This document shows, in pieces, positions 48,399-60,707 of a DNA stretch of 64,000 nucleotides (positions are counted from its first letter, which is position 1; the number at the start of each line of letters is the position of its first letter). Both the position numbers and the translations under genes were made by a program. The stretch comes from Asterias rubens (Eukaryota), in contig NC_047062.1 of assembly GCF_902459465.1 (NCBI RefSeq), positions 21,948,001 through 22,012,000 on the forward strand. The letters are read 5' to 3'. The notes beneath the pieces are model-generated. The model saw only the letters and a program-made list of their open reading frames with translations. It ran no database searches and had not been told where the DNA came from.

Positions 48399-51300
48399 TC
48401 AGTGGACTTTCTGACGTTTTAACTTCTGTGCCTTGAACTGGTTTGTTTTGTTCTTAACAGACTTGACAAGCATTGAAAGTTCCGCCCCTCTGCTACTCTG
48501 TTTTGAGACATCACTCTGGGATGAAGCCTTGGGTGTGGCATCGGGCACTGTCTTTGATGTGACGGTAGAGACCTTTCTTGCAGTGTCCAATCTTCTCTGA
48601 TCTTCCTTCTTTCGTTGAACCTGTCGCTCGGCCTGGAGAGCCTCTGTCGCTTTGGTCTTCTTAAACTGGGGATCGGACGGATCCATTGCATACAGGTGAG
48701 ATGAGAACATCGCCTGAAAGCGTTGATCCTTCACGTCGATTTCAAAGTCGTCCTCAAACTTGGCTGTCTCCTCCTGTTGGAGTTTCCTCTTTTTCTTCCT
48801 CGACATCTTCTTGCCTTGGTTCTGCTCGTTCTCCATGATGGCCTTCAGGTTGAAATGTTTCTTGCCGTCTTCGTCGTCCATAAACAGTAGTTCAAGCTCC
48901 AACTAAAAAGATTTCAACAAGAGTAGAACACCCAACCATTATTTTAAAAAGATATTCTCAGGTGAATTTGTTTCCAATAAGAGACATTCAAGTGAGCCGT
49001 TTGTGGTTAAGCCCGGTTCATACTTCCTGCAAATGCGCAATGATTTTTTACTTCACAGGGCTGTTTTCACTACGAATGTTAATTTATTCCTTGCGAATTA
49101 TTCCTTGCAAGACTGTGAAGTCAATGTATCGGTGTCAATGATACAGAATTTCAAACCATCTCCTACCTGCTTCTGTTTGATCCTTTCTCGTTCTTCATCA
49201 TCGATCTCTGCCTCTTGTTTCTTGCCTTTTGTCTTCTTACTTTTCTTCTTGATACCTTTAAAGAAATAAGCAGCTTGTGATTAGAATCCGAGCTGCAAGC
49301 AATCTATCAAGAGTTCTTCTCATTCATGGAAGAAATACCAAAGGTCCGAGATGTTGTAATGGTTGAGAGACCCAAGGAATTAAAAAACTCATTATAACTC
49401 ATTGAGAAAACAGTTCACAAACAAGGAAACATGATGCAAGTAGCTAAGTTTTAATGTTATTCGTCTCGCACAGTTAGTGGCTCAAGGAAGATGTAAAGGA
49501 CTTTGGGGAGGAATGTGACTGGAACTTACCTTCAACCCCATCTTCTCTCAGAGCATCTTTGAAGAACGGATCATTGAGGTCTACTCCGGTAGGAAGTTCA
49601 TCGTCACTAAAGGCGCCATCGGAGTGCTCCTTTGCTTCGTTCAATTGCTGAAAAAAAAACAAGTAAATAAGTTGAGCATCACCATATAACAATAATCGTG
49701 GCTTCTTATAAAGCGCTCGAATCCGTCACTTAGTGACGCTCAGGTGAAACCAGGAACCAGGAAACACTCTGGCAAACCCCTTCTCTTTATGATATTAGTG
49801 CACTGGATTCTTTTACGTGTATTACACAACATACAGAACTTACACCTAACGTCCTATCAGATAACGGAAGGTGTCTTGCTTAAGGACACAAGTGCCACAA
49901 CCGGCACTTGAATCGAAACACCAGCACTTGAGTCTGCCGCTCTTATCCACATGTCTTCATTGGAGTTTCTTCCTTTTGCAAAGGACCTGATTATATTCTT
50001 GTTTTGTTTTGGGTTTTTCTCTCAACAAAATGCACAGCTTTTCTTACCTGTTTCTTCAGCCCCTTTAGTTTCTTTTTCTTGTCCTTCTTCTTCTCAAGGA
50101 AATTCTCCCAAGGCGTGGACTCCGAAGACTTTTCAGATTTCTTCTTGACAAGTTCCTCAGTTGCATCTTTCAAGCCTGTCATTGCAAAAAAAGATAATAA
50201 TTATAATTCCAATAACGTTTACATTTTGTGAAATACCATAACAAATTCATTTGTCTGTCTAAAAGACACTCCGGGCGCAGAAGAGATGCAGAAGTAAGTG
50301 TGTCTACAATGAGTTACATCAATGAAACTCTATAGCACAAAAATACGTTTTCAGATGAGTTTTGAAGCTGGTATATATGTAGTGACTTATCGAAGTACAT
50401 TCCATAGTGCATGGCCAGAATGTGAGGAGGATCAGGTTCTTTTGTAACATCAACTTGCAGAAATATGTATTCTTACATCTCACATGGTTCCACATCCTTT
50501 GCAGGGCTATGCTAATCACGTAAACAGGTTCAGTCTGGTCAGCACCTAATTTGCATGGATATGCTAATTACCTAAAAAGGTTCAGTCTGGTGTGCACCTA
50601 ATTTGCATGGATATGCTAATTACCTAAAAAGGTTCAGTCTGGTGTGCACCTAATTTGCATGGATATGCTAACAATCTTACCCGGTTCCCAAGTGATCTCC
50701 ATCTCCATTTGTTTATCCCTGTCCGTCTGCTGCTGACCCTTGTCTACATCTTTCAGGAGGGCTCGGTATTTAGCAATCTGCTGATCTTCACTTAAGGGCT
50801 TTTTGACGTGCTCTTTCGTCTCCCGATTTTGTTCTGGTTCTTTCTTTTCCTCAAAATCGAACTCCCAATTATCTGCGAGGTTAAATTGAAAGGGAAAAAA
50901 GAGATTTGGGGATTATTAAATCCGGTTCCAGCTCCAAGAAAACAAAGTCACCGGTCATCGCCCCCATCATGTCACTTCCACTCTCTTTATCTTCTTCTAT
51001 TTCGAGTGGTGTCCTTGATCAATGATGTTACAATAGAGGTGTTCCCAGATCCCTCTGTCCCATAGCATGTAGATATTTCATCTGCTGTCACAAGCCCAGT
51101 GTCTGCTGGCGCAATATAGTAAAATTCAATCTGAATGGATTGAAGGCTTGTGTCACTGATGACTGATTGTTTTTCATTAGTAAATTATGTTGCCATGAAT
51201 AGTCGTGAGTGACACAATTGGTTCACCTAGCAGGTAGTCGCGACTATTATTGTAGTAGTTGTGGCTAGTAGCTGAAAAACGATAGTCGACTAAGCAATCA

Positions 51301-54300
51301 GGTCGCAACTTCGCCACTAGTTAGGTGCTAACTAATTGGGTCTCAGAATTCATCACTGCATTAACCTATCTTTCTGAAAGTTTGTATATACTCAACGCCT
51401 TGAGTACCTTATTTGGTAGATACGTGCGCTATATAAGACTTCAATATTGTTAGTAGCACTAGTCGCCCGGGCTTACTCCTGACACCAAGTAACTCTTACC
51501 ACCCTCTTCTTCGTTGTCATCGCTAGAGGACGCCAAGAAGGCGCTGACGTCCATCTCCTCGATGCTCTTCTTCTTGAAGGCCTCGGCCGTCTTGACCGTC
51601 CGATGATGGTTCGTCTCATCCCACGTCAACTCCACCCTGGACTGATGCAGCGCTGAGGTGCGGAACTCAATGGGTTTGTACAGGGAGGCATCCGGCATGT
51701 CGGTAGCAACATCCTTTGGCTCCTTCTCAAAGGTCACGCTGTCTGGAATAAATCTTCAGTCCGAGACAACAACATTCAGAAATGGATTTTAGTGCAAGGA
51801 AATTAAAACACGGCTGCATCTCCTTGTCACTTGGGCAAGTCTTACAGTCAACTTGGAGGCAACAAACCACAGGGCTTGCTGAAGGACCACTTTGGTAGCA
51901 CATGAGTAATGAGCATACGAGTCTTACAATCCACAAGAAAAATAGGTGAACATTGAAACAAGAATGGCTTTTCTTTATGGAGATTGCCTGGAACTGGTTG
52001 CCTGTAAATTGACTCTTGTGACATGGTCATAACTGTTCTCAATGTCATTGCAACGGACACAAAATTGTCAGCCAAACCATGGTATTGGGTTTACTTCTCT
52101 GGTATGGCAAAGTAATATACCCTAACTCCCCCCCCCCCCACCCAACAAAAGAACCCATGATAAAAAAATGGTTCCTTGATTATGGATGGTAGTATAATCA
52201 TATAAGCAAACAGGGGCTCCAGACAATTATGGCCATGCAATGATTGCTTACCGGAGGTCTAGTCTGGTTGAGCTACTCAGGTACTCCATTCCATCGCAGT
52301 GCCCGTACACTGTAGAGGCCGTTGCCACACTGTCACACTCGATCACTGCAAAGTAGTACTTTAGCCTGAGAAATAAACAATGCATTCATAAGAACAGCTT
52401 AAGGATTGAAAATAGGGTACATCCACACTTGTTTCCTCAACAGTCGCTTCTATGTTGTGCTTGAGGGACCTCACAAGAAACAAGGTGAAATTTAAGACCC
52501 AAGTTTGTAAACATGGTTTAATTTCACAAGGCACAACATTTTTGCTTAAAAATAAGTTGGCAATATTGCCATAGTGATTTGTATTGTCACACTTTGCCGA
52601 GCAACAAAAATTGATGCACAACTTAAGATCAATCTTTGCTCTTTATGAAACTGAACCCAGCATCCAAAAGAGCTCCTTAAGTTCAGAAGACCTCCAGAGT
52701 TTATAAAACAAACACTTTGTAATTAATCCCAGGCTTATCAAGACCATTTCATTTCAATCCAAGCCTCAAATTTGGTGGGGAAAAAAAAAAAACACAAAAT
52801 GCACACAAACATGTAACATGATTGTGCAACCAGTGATGACAAGCACCAAGCAGATCACATGAACATGCAAAAACACAAGACAGCCACACTTGTTCAGTAG
52901 AATGTTTACTAGAGTGATGTTAAAAACCCTGGCCTTGGACCCGCAGTCCAGTGTAGGGCCCGCAGTCAAGCGTGAATGTTTGGCTCTGCAACCCATTCTC
53001 ACCTCTGCAGCTGATATTTCCTGAGCTTCATTTGCAGCTTATGATCTTCCTCTGTGGTGGGATTCATTTCTCCGTTGTCTGCGTCTGTGAACTCCAACGG
53101 ACCCTTCGCATCCTCTTCTCTCATCTTCTCCAAACCGAAGTCAGATGGACATATCTTGAGGGGAGAAAAAAGATTAAATGCATTCTCAAAATTTCATTCT
53201 TAAATGTGTAAACCGCCCTTTTTGTCAAGTAAAAAGGGCTCTGAGAGTTTTGAGGTTCATATCCAATCATGGCAAAATGAGCAGTGGCATAACCAGAGGC
53301 CGGCCACCCCCTGCAGAGAAACTTGCACCCCCTCATAAAAAAAACCATCAATGAATGGTTTGATATATAAGTTAGCCCCCCTAATCATGTTTTTTTTTCC
53401 TTGGCTTGCAAACCCTCCCCCTCCTCAAGAAATTAAAATGTCTCGCTAAGCCACTGACAATAAGGGTTAATAAAGTCACTTTTCTGTTGTTACAGGCAAT
53501 CACTTATCGGGTACGTACTCGATAAGTCAAAACCTAAATATCATGTGCATAAATGATAAGCTGGAAATTACCGTGTACGTACACGAAATCCTTTGCCACT
53601 AACAAAACGGTTAACCATCGTACCTTGACTGAGTGCACCACACCCCCGGTAGGCTTAAAAGAATTAAATAACACAAGCAGATCACTGGCTGTCACTCGAT
53701 CCCAATCCATGTTACACAGGGCAAGGCGCGAAGACTCATCGCTACTCCGTGGGGCTTCTTTGTCCAGCTCTCCCCACTTGACTTCCGCCTCGCTGCCCTC
53801 CCCGTCGCTGTCACTGCCTCCGTAGTCCGAGTCGGAGTCGGAGTCTGAGGAACTGTCTTGGTTGCCTTGACCTCTGGCAAGATCCATGGCTTGGGGGATT
53901 GAGTGAGCTTTCCGATTGCTTGGAAGGGGTGCAGAGGGACCATTGATGTCCAAATCGCTAGTATCTTGGTCATGATCACTGCTATCATCTGAAAGTACAA
54001 AATTGTAATTTTCTTATCTATGCAACAAATCAGACAAACCCTTTTTATAATAACCTTTTAACTATAAATTTTCAGCATGAATGTGTGAGATAATGCTTCA
54101 ATAGGATTTAAAACTTTGCATGGTGGCATTATAAAACTAAGAGAGGTGTGCGATTAAACATCATGTGAATATCTCTTTTGAGCAGTGTTGGTTCGAAAAA
54201 AGAACTGGTGGTCAGGCTTACTGATCAAAACGTTGAGTCGTTAACCACCGGTTCTTTTCAGGACCAACACTACTCAGTTGGATATTCACATCTCTTAGAG

Positions 54301-55030
54301 ATAATGCTTGGCAACGATGTCACATCTGAAGTCCACTTTTGCATTCATCATTACCAAAATCATCATCAGATCGCCATCAGGGTAAATCAGATACCACTTT
54401 CAGTCATAATGAATAAAAAAGTGGCAGAATTTATCATTGTTTTCTAGAGTCAATTTCACAAAGATACTCCTAACTTAGGACTAGTCCTAGTTTATTAAAC
54501 ACTTAAGATAGTCTTAACTCTTTGTAAAATCCACCCCAGCCTGTGTACTTGTTCCTATAGTCACAGCGAAGCATACCTTCAGAATCATCTGCAGCAGGTT
54601 GTCTTAGAGAAAGTGTCTTCCTTTCCTTAGGAGTCGCTCCTTCATTGTTTCTCTTCTTCTCCTTCCTCTTTATAAGTTCCTCCTTAAGTCTTTGTTTTCC
54701 GGAGAGTCTCTTCTTTTTTTTCTGCAAACTCGTTTGGACTTCAGGTTCATCTTCCGATGATGGATCCGCATCTTTACCATCTTCTCCGTCCTTCTCATCC
54801 TCAGAGTCTGATGAGCTTGACAAATCATAAAACCTCCGCAAGTTCTCGTCCGATGTCAGTCGAACGGGTCGCCCTCTCTTGTCCACGCTGTATTTGAGTT
54901 TGAAGCTTTTGTCCTTGAACATGCCTTGGAAGCGCTTGTCAATTTTGACCTTGCGGCTGTTCTGGGAGATCTTTCTAAATCGAGGGTCGTGCGTAATCAC
55001 GGAGAAGCGATCATCTGTTTCTGCATCCAT
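48399..55030 (-). CDS. ESF1: ESF1 nucleolar pre-rRNA processing protein, ~789 aa, 10 coding exons
   Basis: Exons 55030-54577, 53988-53624, 53154-53003, 52365-52252, 51753-51500, 50872-50681, 50175-50048, 49647-49530, 49255-49167 and 48902-48399; phases are consistent (2370 nt). Motifs: [70 protein letters not shown] and NUC153-type [25 protein letters not shown]. Confidence 0.96.
50510..50670. repeat. 52-bp tandem repeat x3, each unit with a perfect octamer ATTTGCAT
   Basis: Octamers at 50549, 50601 and 50653; the array abuts the donor of ESF1 coding exon 6. Confidence 0.9.
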
Positions 55031-56241
55031 TGTTGGTTCCTCCGCCCTATAAAGTGTAATCAAATATGATGGTAAAATAACATCAATCGTATTACTTATC
55101 GCTTCTTCTCCTTCTTTTTGAGTGCAGCTAAATCATGACTGAATTGAAATGCCAGACAAATAAATCCAAAGATAGAATCATACTAGTTAACCAACCAACA
55201 CATTACCGTTTATTAATTTAAATAACTCAAAATATTGAGTGCCAGTGGTGGCAGATCAAGAGGAGTCTGCCGAGCTACCAGCTCTACTGACGGCTTCGGT
55301 TTCCGGTTGGCCGAATACATGTGGCGCCGTCAGAATGCCCTGGTCGACCACTTCGACCAACTCCTCAGTGACATCTTGCTGTTGTATAAACCACCGAAAC
55401 GTTTTTGAATTGGACCGTCCCCGACAACTCTCACAACTACCCTAGTTTTATTATTATTATTATTATTATTAGCGATAAGTGTGTACTGGGGGTCTTACCA
55501 GATTACTCTTTTGATAAATTCGAGTGCATCGACATCTAGAAATAGTTTTATTAATGGATAATCTTCCGCACGTCGCCACCAATTTATCCGCCGTTAATAA
55601 ACTCCAAAACCACAGAATGTTTTTCTTACCTGAGAAGAAGGGTTTACCGCATAATATACATTCAAAACTGTTACTGTTTTTAGTGGTATGTATGTACTCA
55701 AACAAACATGGTACAATCAACTAACACAGACAGTTGAGTAAATCAAATACAACCAGTGGTTTTATACACGTGCCACCCCTGTAAACAACTGACGTCCGTG
55801 TCCACAGTCAATCTGTATCAACAACCCTTTTTTATCAGTGATCCAATAGATCAACATAACCAACAAAACAATCTAATTATAATGTACTTACATGTTTTGA
55901 AATAGTTTTTTCAACGATAAATTATCAGATATAATACACGATTTTTTTAAACTCAACAGTCTCGACGGTGTTGTGTGGCATGGAAAACGTGCCAATATTC
56001 GACACCATTAATTGTAAACAGCGCCCTCTTTTGAAATAAATGAATCAACTGGGTATTTAAATAGACTGGCAAAAGTCGATTAAGGTGAAGTAATTGCAAA
56101 AGTTAGGTGGATATCGCCATTGCGTCGAAAAGGCGACTTAAGTTTCTAAATATATTTTTTCCCCTCCTGAACTGAAATAACCCCTTGAAATTTGTCAACG
56201 TATTTCAATAGTTCGCTGAAAAACGTGCCAATATTCGACAC

Positions 56242-57310
56242 TCCCGACACCGTATCTGGAGTAGCTTGCCAACCGCCGTTAAGAACTCGGTCATTCTTGA
56301 CTCTTGGAGGGGTTTTAACAACCAACTGTCTAGTTATTTCAATAATGATGTTTAATGCTAATCCTTTTTATTGTATTGGATTGTATTTGATTTTATCTGT
56401 TTTGACTTGATTTGATCTGTATTGACTTTTTTTCCCACTTAATGGTTATTTATTTATCTATTTTTGAAATTATCTTTTGTTTGTTTGATTGATTAATTTA
56501 TTATTTTATATTTTTTATTTATTTATCTGTTTGTTCATTTAGCTACTTATTAATTAATTTATTTATTCATTCGTTCGTTCGTTCTTTTGTTTATTATTCA
56601 TCATTTATTTATTTATTTATTTAATTATTCCTTTATTTATTTATTGATTTACTAAATTACTTTTTCATTTATTTATTTATTTATTTACTTATCTCATTCT
56701 TTCTTTAATTAATTAATTCTTTCTTTCTCTCCCCCTCTCCCTCCCTCCCTCCTTCCTCCCTTCCTTCCTCCCTTCCTTTATTTCTTTATCTACCTATCTA
56801 TCTATCTATCTATTCATTTATTCATGTATTAATGTAAGTATTTATTATTTTATCTATTCTGTTTTTCTTTTTAAATAACTTGTTTAAATAGCTTCAATTG
56901 TTGTCAAGTTTGTTAGCAGCTCTTAATCTATCAAATATCTATCTAGTGCTTCAAATTTTTTATTAGTTTTACTCAAAGTATATATTTATATTTGTTTATT
57001 TTATAGTATCTAAGTGTTTATCATAGTGATTTTTTTTATTTATACTCTATTCGAGGATTGGATAAGCAGGCTTTTGAGTCATAGTGTAGTAGTACGCTTT
57101 TGTTTATCCTGGCCGTCTTAGAATGGATTGTTGTCCCTTCCTCTTCCTTCCTCCACATCCCGTACCTGTCCTGTACCCTTTTGTCTAATCCCGCTCCTCT
57201 AGTTACTCTGTATTTAAGTTACCTTTTTTGAAGTCTTATTATCCTTTGTTTTACTTGTATGTATTTGTTTTTGACACTGGCCGAATAAATAATAATAATA
57301 ATAATAATAA
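56242..57310 (+). mobile_element. 5'-truncated LINE 3' end with a microsatellite-expanded 3' UTR
   Basis: 56242-56355 reads SRHRIWSSLPTAVKNS...FNNQLSSYFNNDV*, resembling a LINE ORF2 C-terminus. It is followed by (TTTA)n/(CCTT)n/(TATC)n tracts and ends AATAAA(TAA)n at ~57285-57310. Confidence 0.65.
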
Positions 57311-60300
57311 CCATTAGTTGTAAACAACGCCCTCTTTTGAAATAAATGAATCTATTGGGTCATTAAATAGACTAGCAAAGGTCGATTAATGCGAAGTTAT
57401 TGCAAACTAAATTAATACGGCTGATATAGTTTCTTAAACTACCCCCCCCCCCCCCCTGAAATAACCAGTAAAAATTGTTCAAAGTATTTCAACAGTTTTT
57501 GACTTGTCCTTATTTTGAAAAAAAGTCTCTCTTATTTGTGCGTACACATAACTTATTTATGAATTAATAAGAGATATAGGCGGTGCTTAGACTTTACAAT
57601 TATGATGGGGCAGTGAGAGATAGAGGGTATTTAAAGTTTGGAACTTTGTACTTGTGTACGTACACGAAGTTATGTGTACGCACAAATAAGAGAGACTTTT
57701 TTTCATTGGCGGCAAAACGCTTCCCTGAATTGTCCGTATTAAGATGGACTGACTTATTTGATGAAGTTATTGTACTGTTAAAAATCATATTTTTTTAGTG
57801 TATTTTTGATCTTTTTTTTCGTTCTTTCGACTTTTTATAAAAGTTGACTGGTTGGTCAACAAAAGAAATTCCGCCATCTCATTAACAAAAATTCATACAA
57901 AATTAATAATTCACATTGTGTAACATATTATTCCATCCAGGTGCTCCAACTTCTGAGAAAAACAATCAATTGCATTTTACGCTCACTGACCGGAAATTTT
58001 TGAACATAACAAAAGGGGATTAAAAAAACCATATCAAAAAATTATAAGTAAGGAAATGAAAACATATCGGCACAATGCAAGAACTGCCCCAACAATAGTG
58101 AATGCGCCCTCTTGCTGAAATGGATTAACCAAGCCACTAAAAGCGGTCAGCCGACTGTGGCGACAGAACGGCGCTCCATTATGTTTTTTTCCCCGGCCCA
58201 GTTTAGTTTACAACACACACACACACAACAATCCAAAATGGCCACAGTGTGCACGTAACCTGGAACTCAGTACATGAGGAAGTTGCTTGGATTTTTACTC
58301 AATTTGTTCGCCGCTGCGGCGATGTTAGTCGAAAATTGGAACGGAATTGGAACGGTGAAACCCCCCTGACTCAATTCGCATGCTGTAACCGACTGGTTAG
58401 AGCTTTGACGATGCCGCAACCAAAGGAAAAACGGTATGTACTTTTTTTTAGTAAGGGGCTGCGAGTAGCGGACATTCTTGCATCCCAGCCAACCGCACAC
58501 GGGTAGACATGCACAAACCCACGGTGTGTGTTTACATCACGTATATAACTTCAAACAGTACGGACCTGCACACTCTCTCCCTCGCGGGCGGTGCAGTTGG
58601 TCTTACGAAATAATCTTACGCAGCATAATAAAGGTTACGTAATACTGTCTGGGATGTGCTGTAATCGTGTCTGTAGTGTCTGGCACTTATATTGTAGGAA
58701 TGTTGTAATATAACTGTATATATTAGAATATAACTGTAAATTTCCTCACACAGGACAGAGGTGAGAGGGAGGGATGCTCAGTTCCTTCTGTGACTGAGAT
58801 TGAGAATACTACTAAAGTACTACAATTCCCTTTCTTACAATTACAACATTGAATGTTTTTTATGTATCAACCATGCAACCACTTGATTTGTGTAATTCAT
58901 AATAATAGACATTAAACCAATGTTTGTATCAGAGAGATTGGCTGTTGCCAGCTTGGTGTTTATATCCCCTTGAAGTTGTGGGAGTTTGCCGAGTTCCCTT
59001 GTTGGGAAGATCATCTAAACAAACAAACAAACTCACTTTATGACTCTCTGTTACACTATCCTTCTGCAAAGACTGGCTCATACTTAATGCAAAAGCTAAA
59101 TAACAAAGTTTTTTTTTTGATAGAAAATTGCAAACAATCAGCTTGCATTCTTTTTGCATAGGCCTACATGATTAATAAATTTGCTTTTCTCTCCAACTTA
59201 CATAAAGTGTTAACTGGGCTTGTTTGTGCAAGTTGACACATACATGAATGAGAATGTATTAATTTTATGTGGTGTTCATTGATCAACTTGTCCAACTCTC
59301 CAACTTAAAACTCTTGGTGCACCTACAATATAGTTTTAAAAGCAACATGAGTTTTAAGATAAATCAGACATTTTCAGTTAACAAATTCCCATACATGAGA
59401 TTTGGTATTAAAGTTATCCTTGTTTTGTACTACTAATGTTCGCTGTATAACAGCAACAAATAATAGAAAGAGTCATAAAAGAAGGCACTTTCAAAAGGCC
59501 AAATATTTCAGAGAGAGGCCATTCTCTAATTCAGTGTTTTCAGAGGTGGGATTACAGTCCAACCCCAGTTTTATCTACAAACCTCTATGATAGTAAGTCC
59601 CACTCTTCTGCCAAAGCCTCACTTCTCCCGCCCCACCACCACCCAACCCTTCTCACTGATGCCCAGCCCCTTCCTTTGCACATCACTGTACAGTAATCTC
59701 ACTTCCATATCCGGCAAATTTGGTGGCCAGTGAACTTCACAAAGTCATTATTTGTATCACAGTATTATAATATGGCAATGCTTGAGGTCACACTGTGTCA
59801 GGAATGTCATTACTACTCCCCACATGTTTTATTAACAGAGGGTAGGCTCCGAAGAAAACATGTTAAGCTCCACAAGTAATTTCCAAAATGAAAACTCATA
59901 TTGTAAATTCTTTTCAGGTGGAGCGAGGTAGTGTTACATTAGCTGGATGTCGTTTTGTTGTGGAAAAATTGGAATAAGTTAGGGGACACACACATTCTAA
60001 GTATAGGCCTAGATCAAGTTTGTGACTGTGGTCATAATCAACCATGTACTTTCAGTTTGACTTTTAAAAAAAGGCTGATTTTGTGGAGGGCTTATTTTAG
60101 GCTATTTGATGTTCATGTAGATGATACAGTCTGTTTTGCATCATCAGTTTTTCTTAGACCATAACTAAACAGATAGGTTTAGATGTACAATGTAATGGAA
60201 AACATCGGGCCATAAATATCAATAAGATTCTTAAAATAATAGTGTTCGTTTATAGACCTTCTATAGATAACAATATAATTCTGGACCATGTCCACTAATA

Positions 60301-60350
60301 CCATTTTCAGGACAAAATAAGATACATGGGAATGGGTCCCATTTAAATCA

Positions 60351-60707
60351 TTGAAGGGACACGTTGCCTTGGGTCGGCGCGAGTGGGTCTTTGAAAAGTG
60401 TTTGAAACCGTTTGTTATAAAATGCATGTGGTTAGAAAGATGTGTTAAAAGTAGAAATGCGTGGTTTTCCTTTTACTTTGGGAACTAACACCCCTCGGCC
60501 ATTTTGTAGAGTCAAAAAACAAAATAGCGTGCTGTGTTAGTTCATGACGTATTTAAGGAACAGTGTGCAATTCCAAGGCATATTTGTGTGGATCTTTATA
60601 AATGCTACTTTTAAAACATCTTTCTAAACCATATGCAATTATAACAAATGGCTTCAGACACTTTTCAAAGACCAATTCGCCCGATCGAAGGCGAAGTGTC
60701 CCTTTAA
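60351..60707. mobile_element. Kolobok-like MITE family 2, second copy
   Basis: AGGGACACGTTGCCTTGGGTCGG ... CCGATCGAAGGCGAAGTGTCCCT|TTAA; alignable with 30956-31358. Confidence 0.8.

Noticed and set aside
55236-55410. Plus-strand reading ...GFGFRLAEYMWRRQNALVDHFDQLLSDILLLYKPPKRF*
   Set aside because: Looks protein-like, but has no upstream start or good acceptor, no family match I recognise, and overlaps the ESF1 leader.
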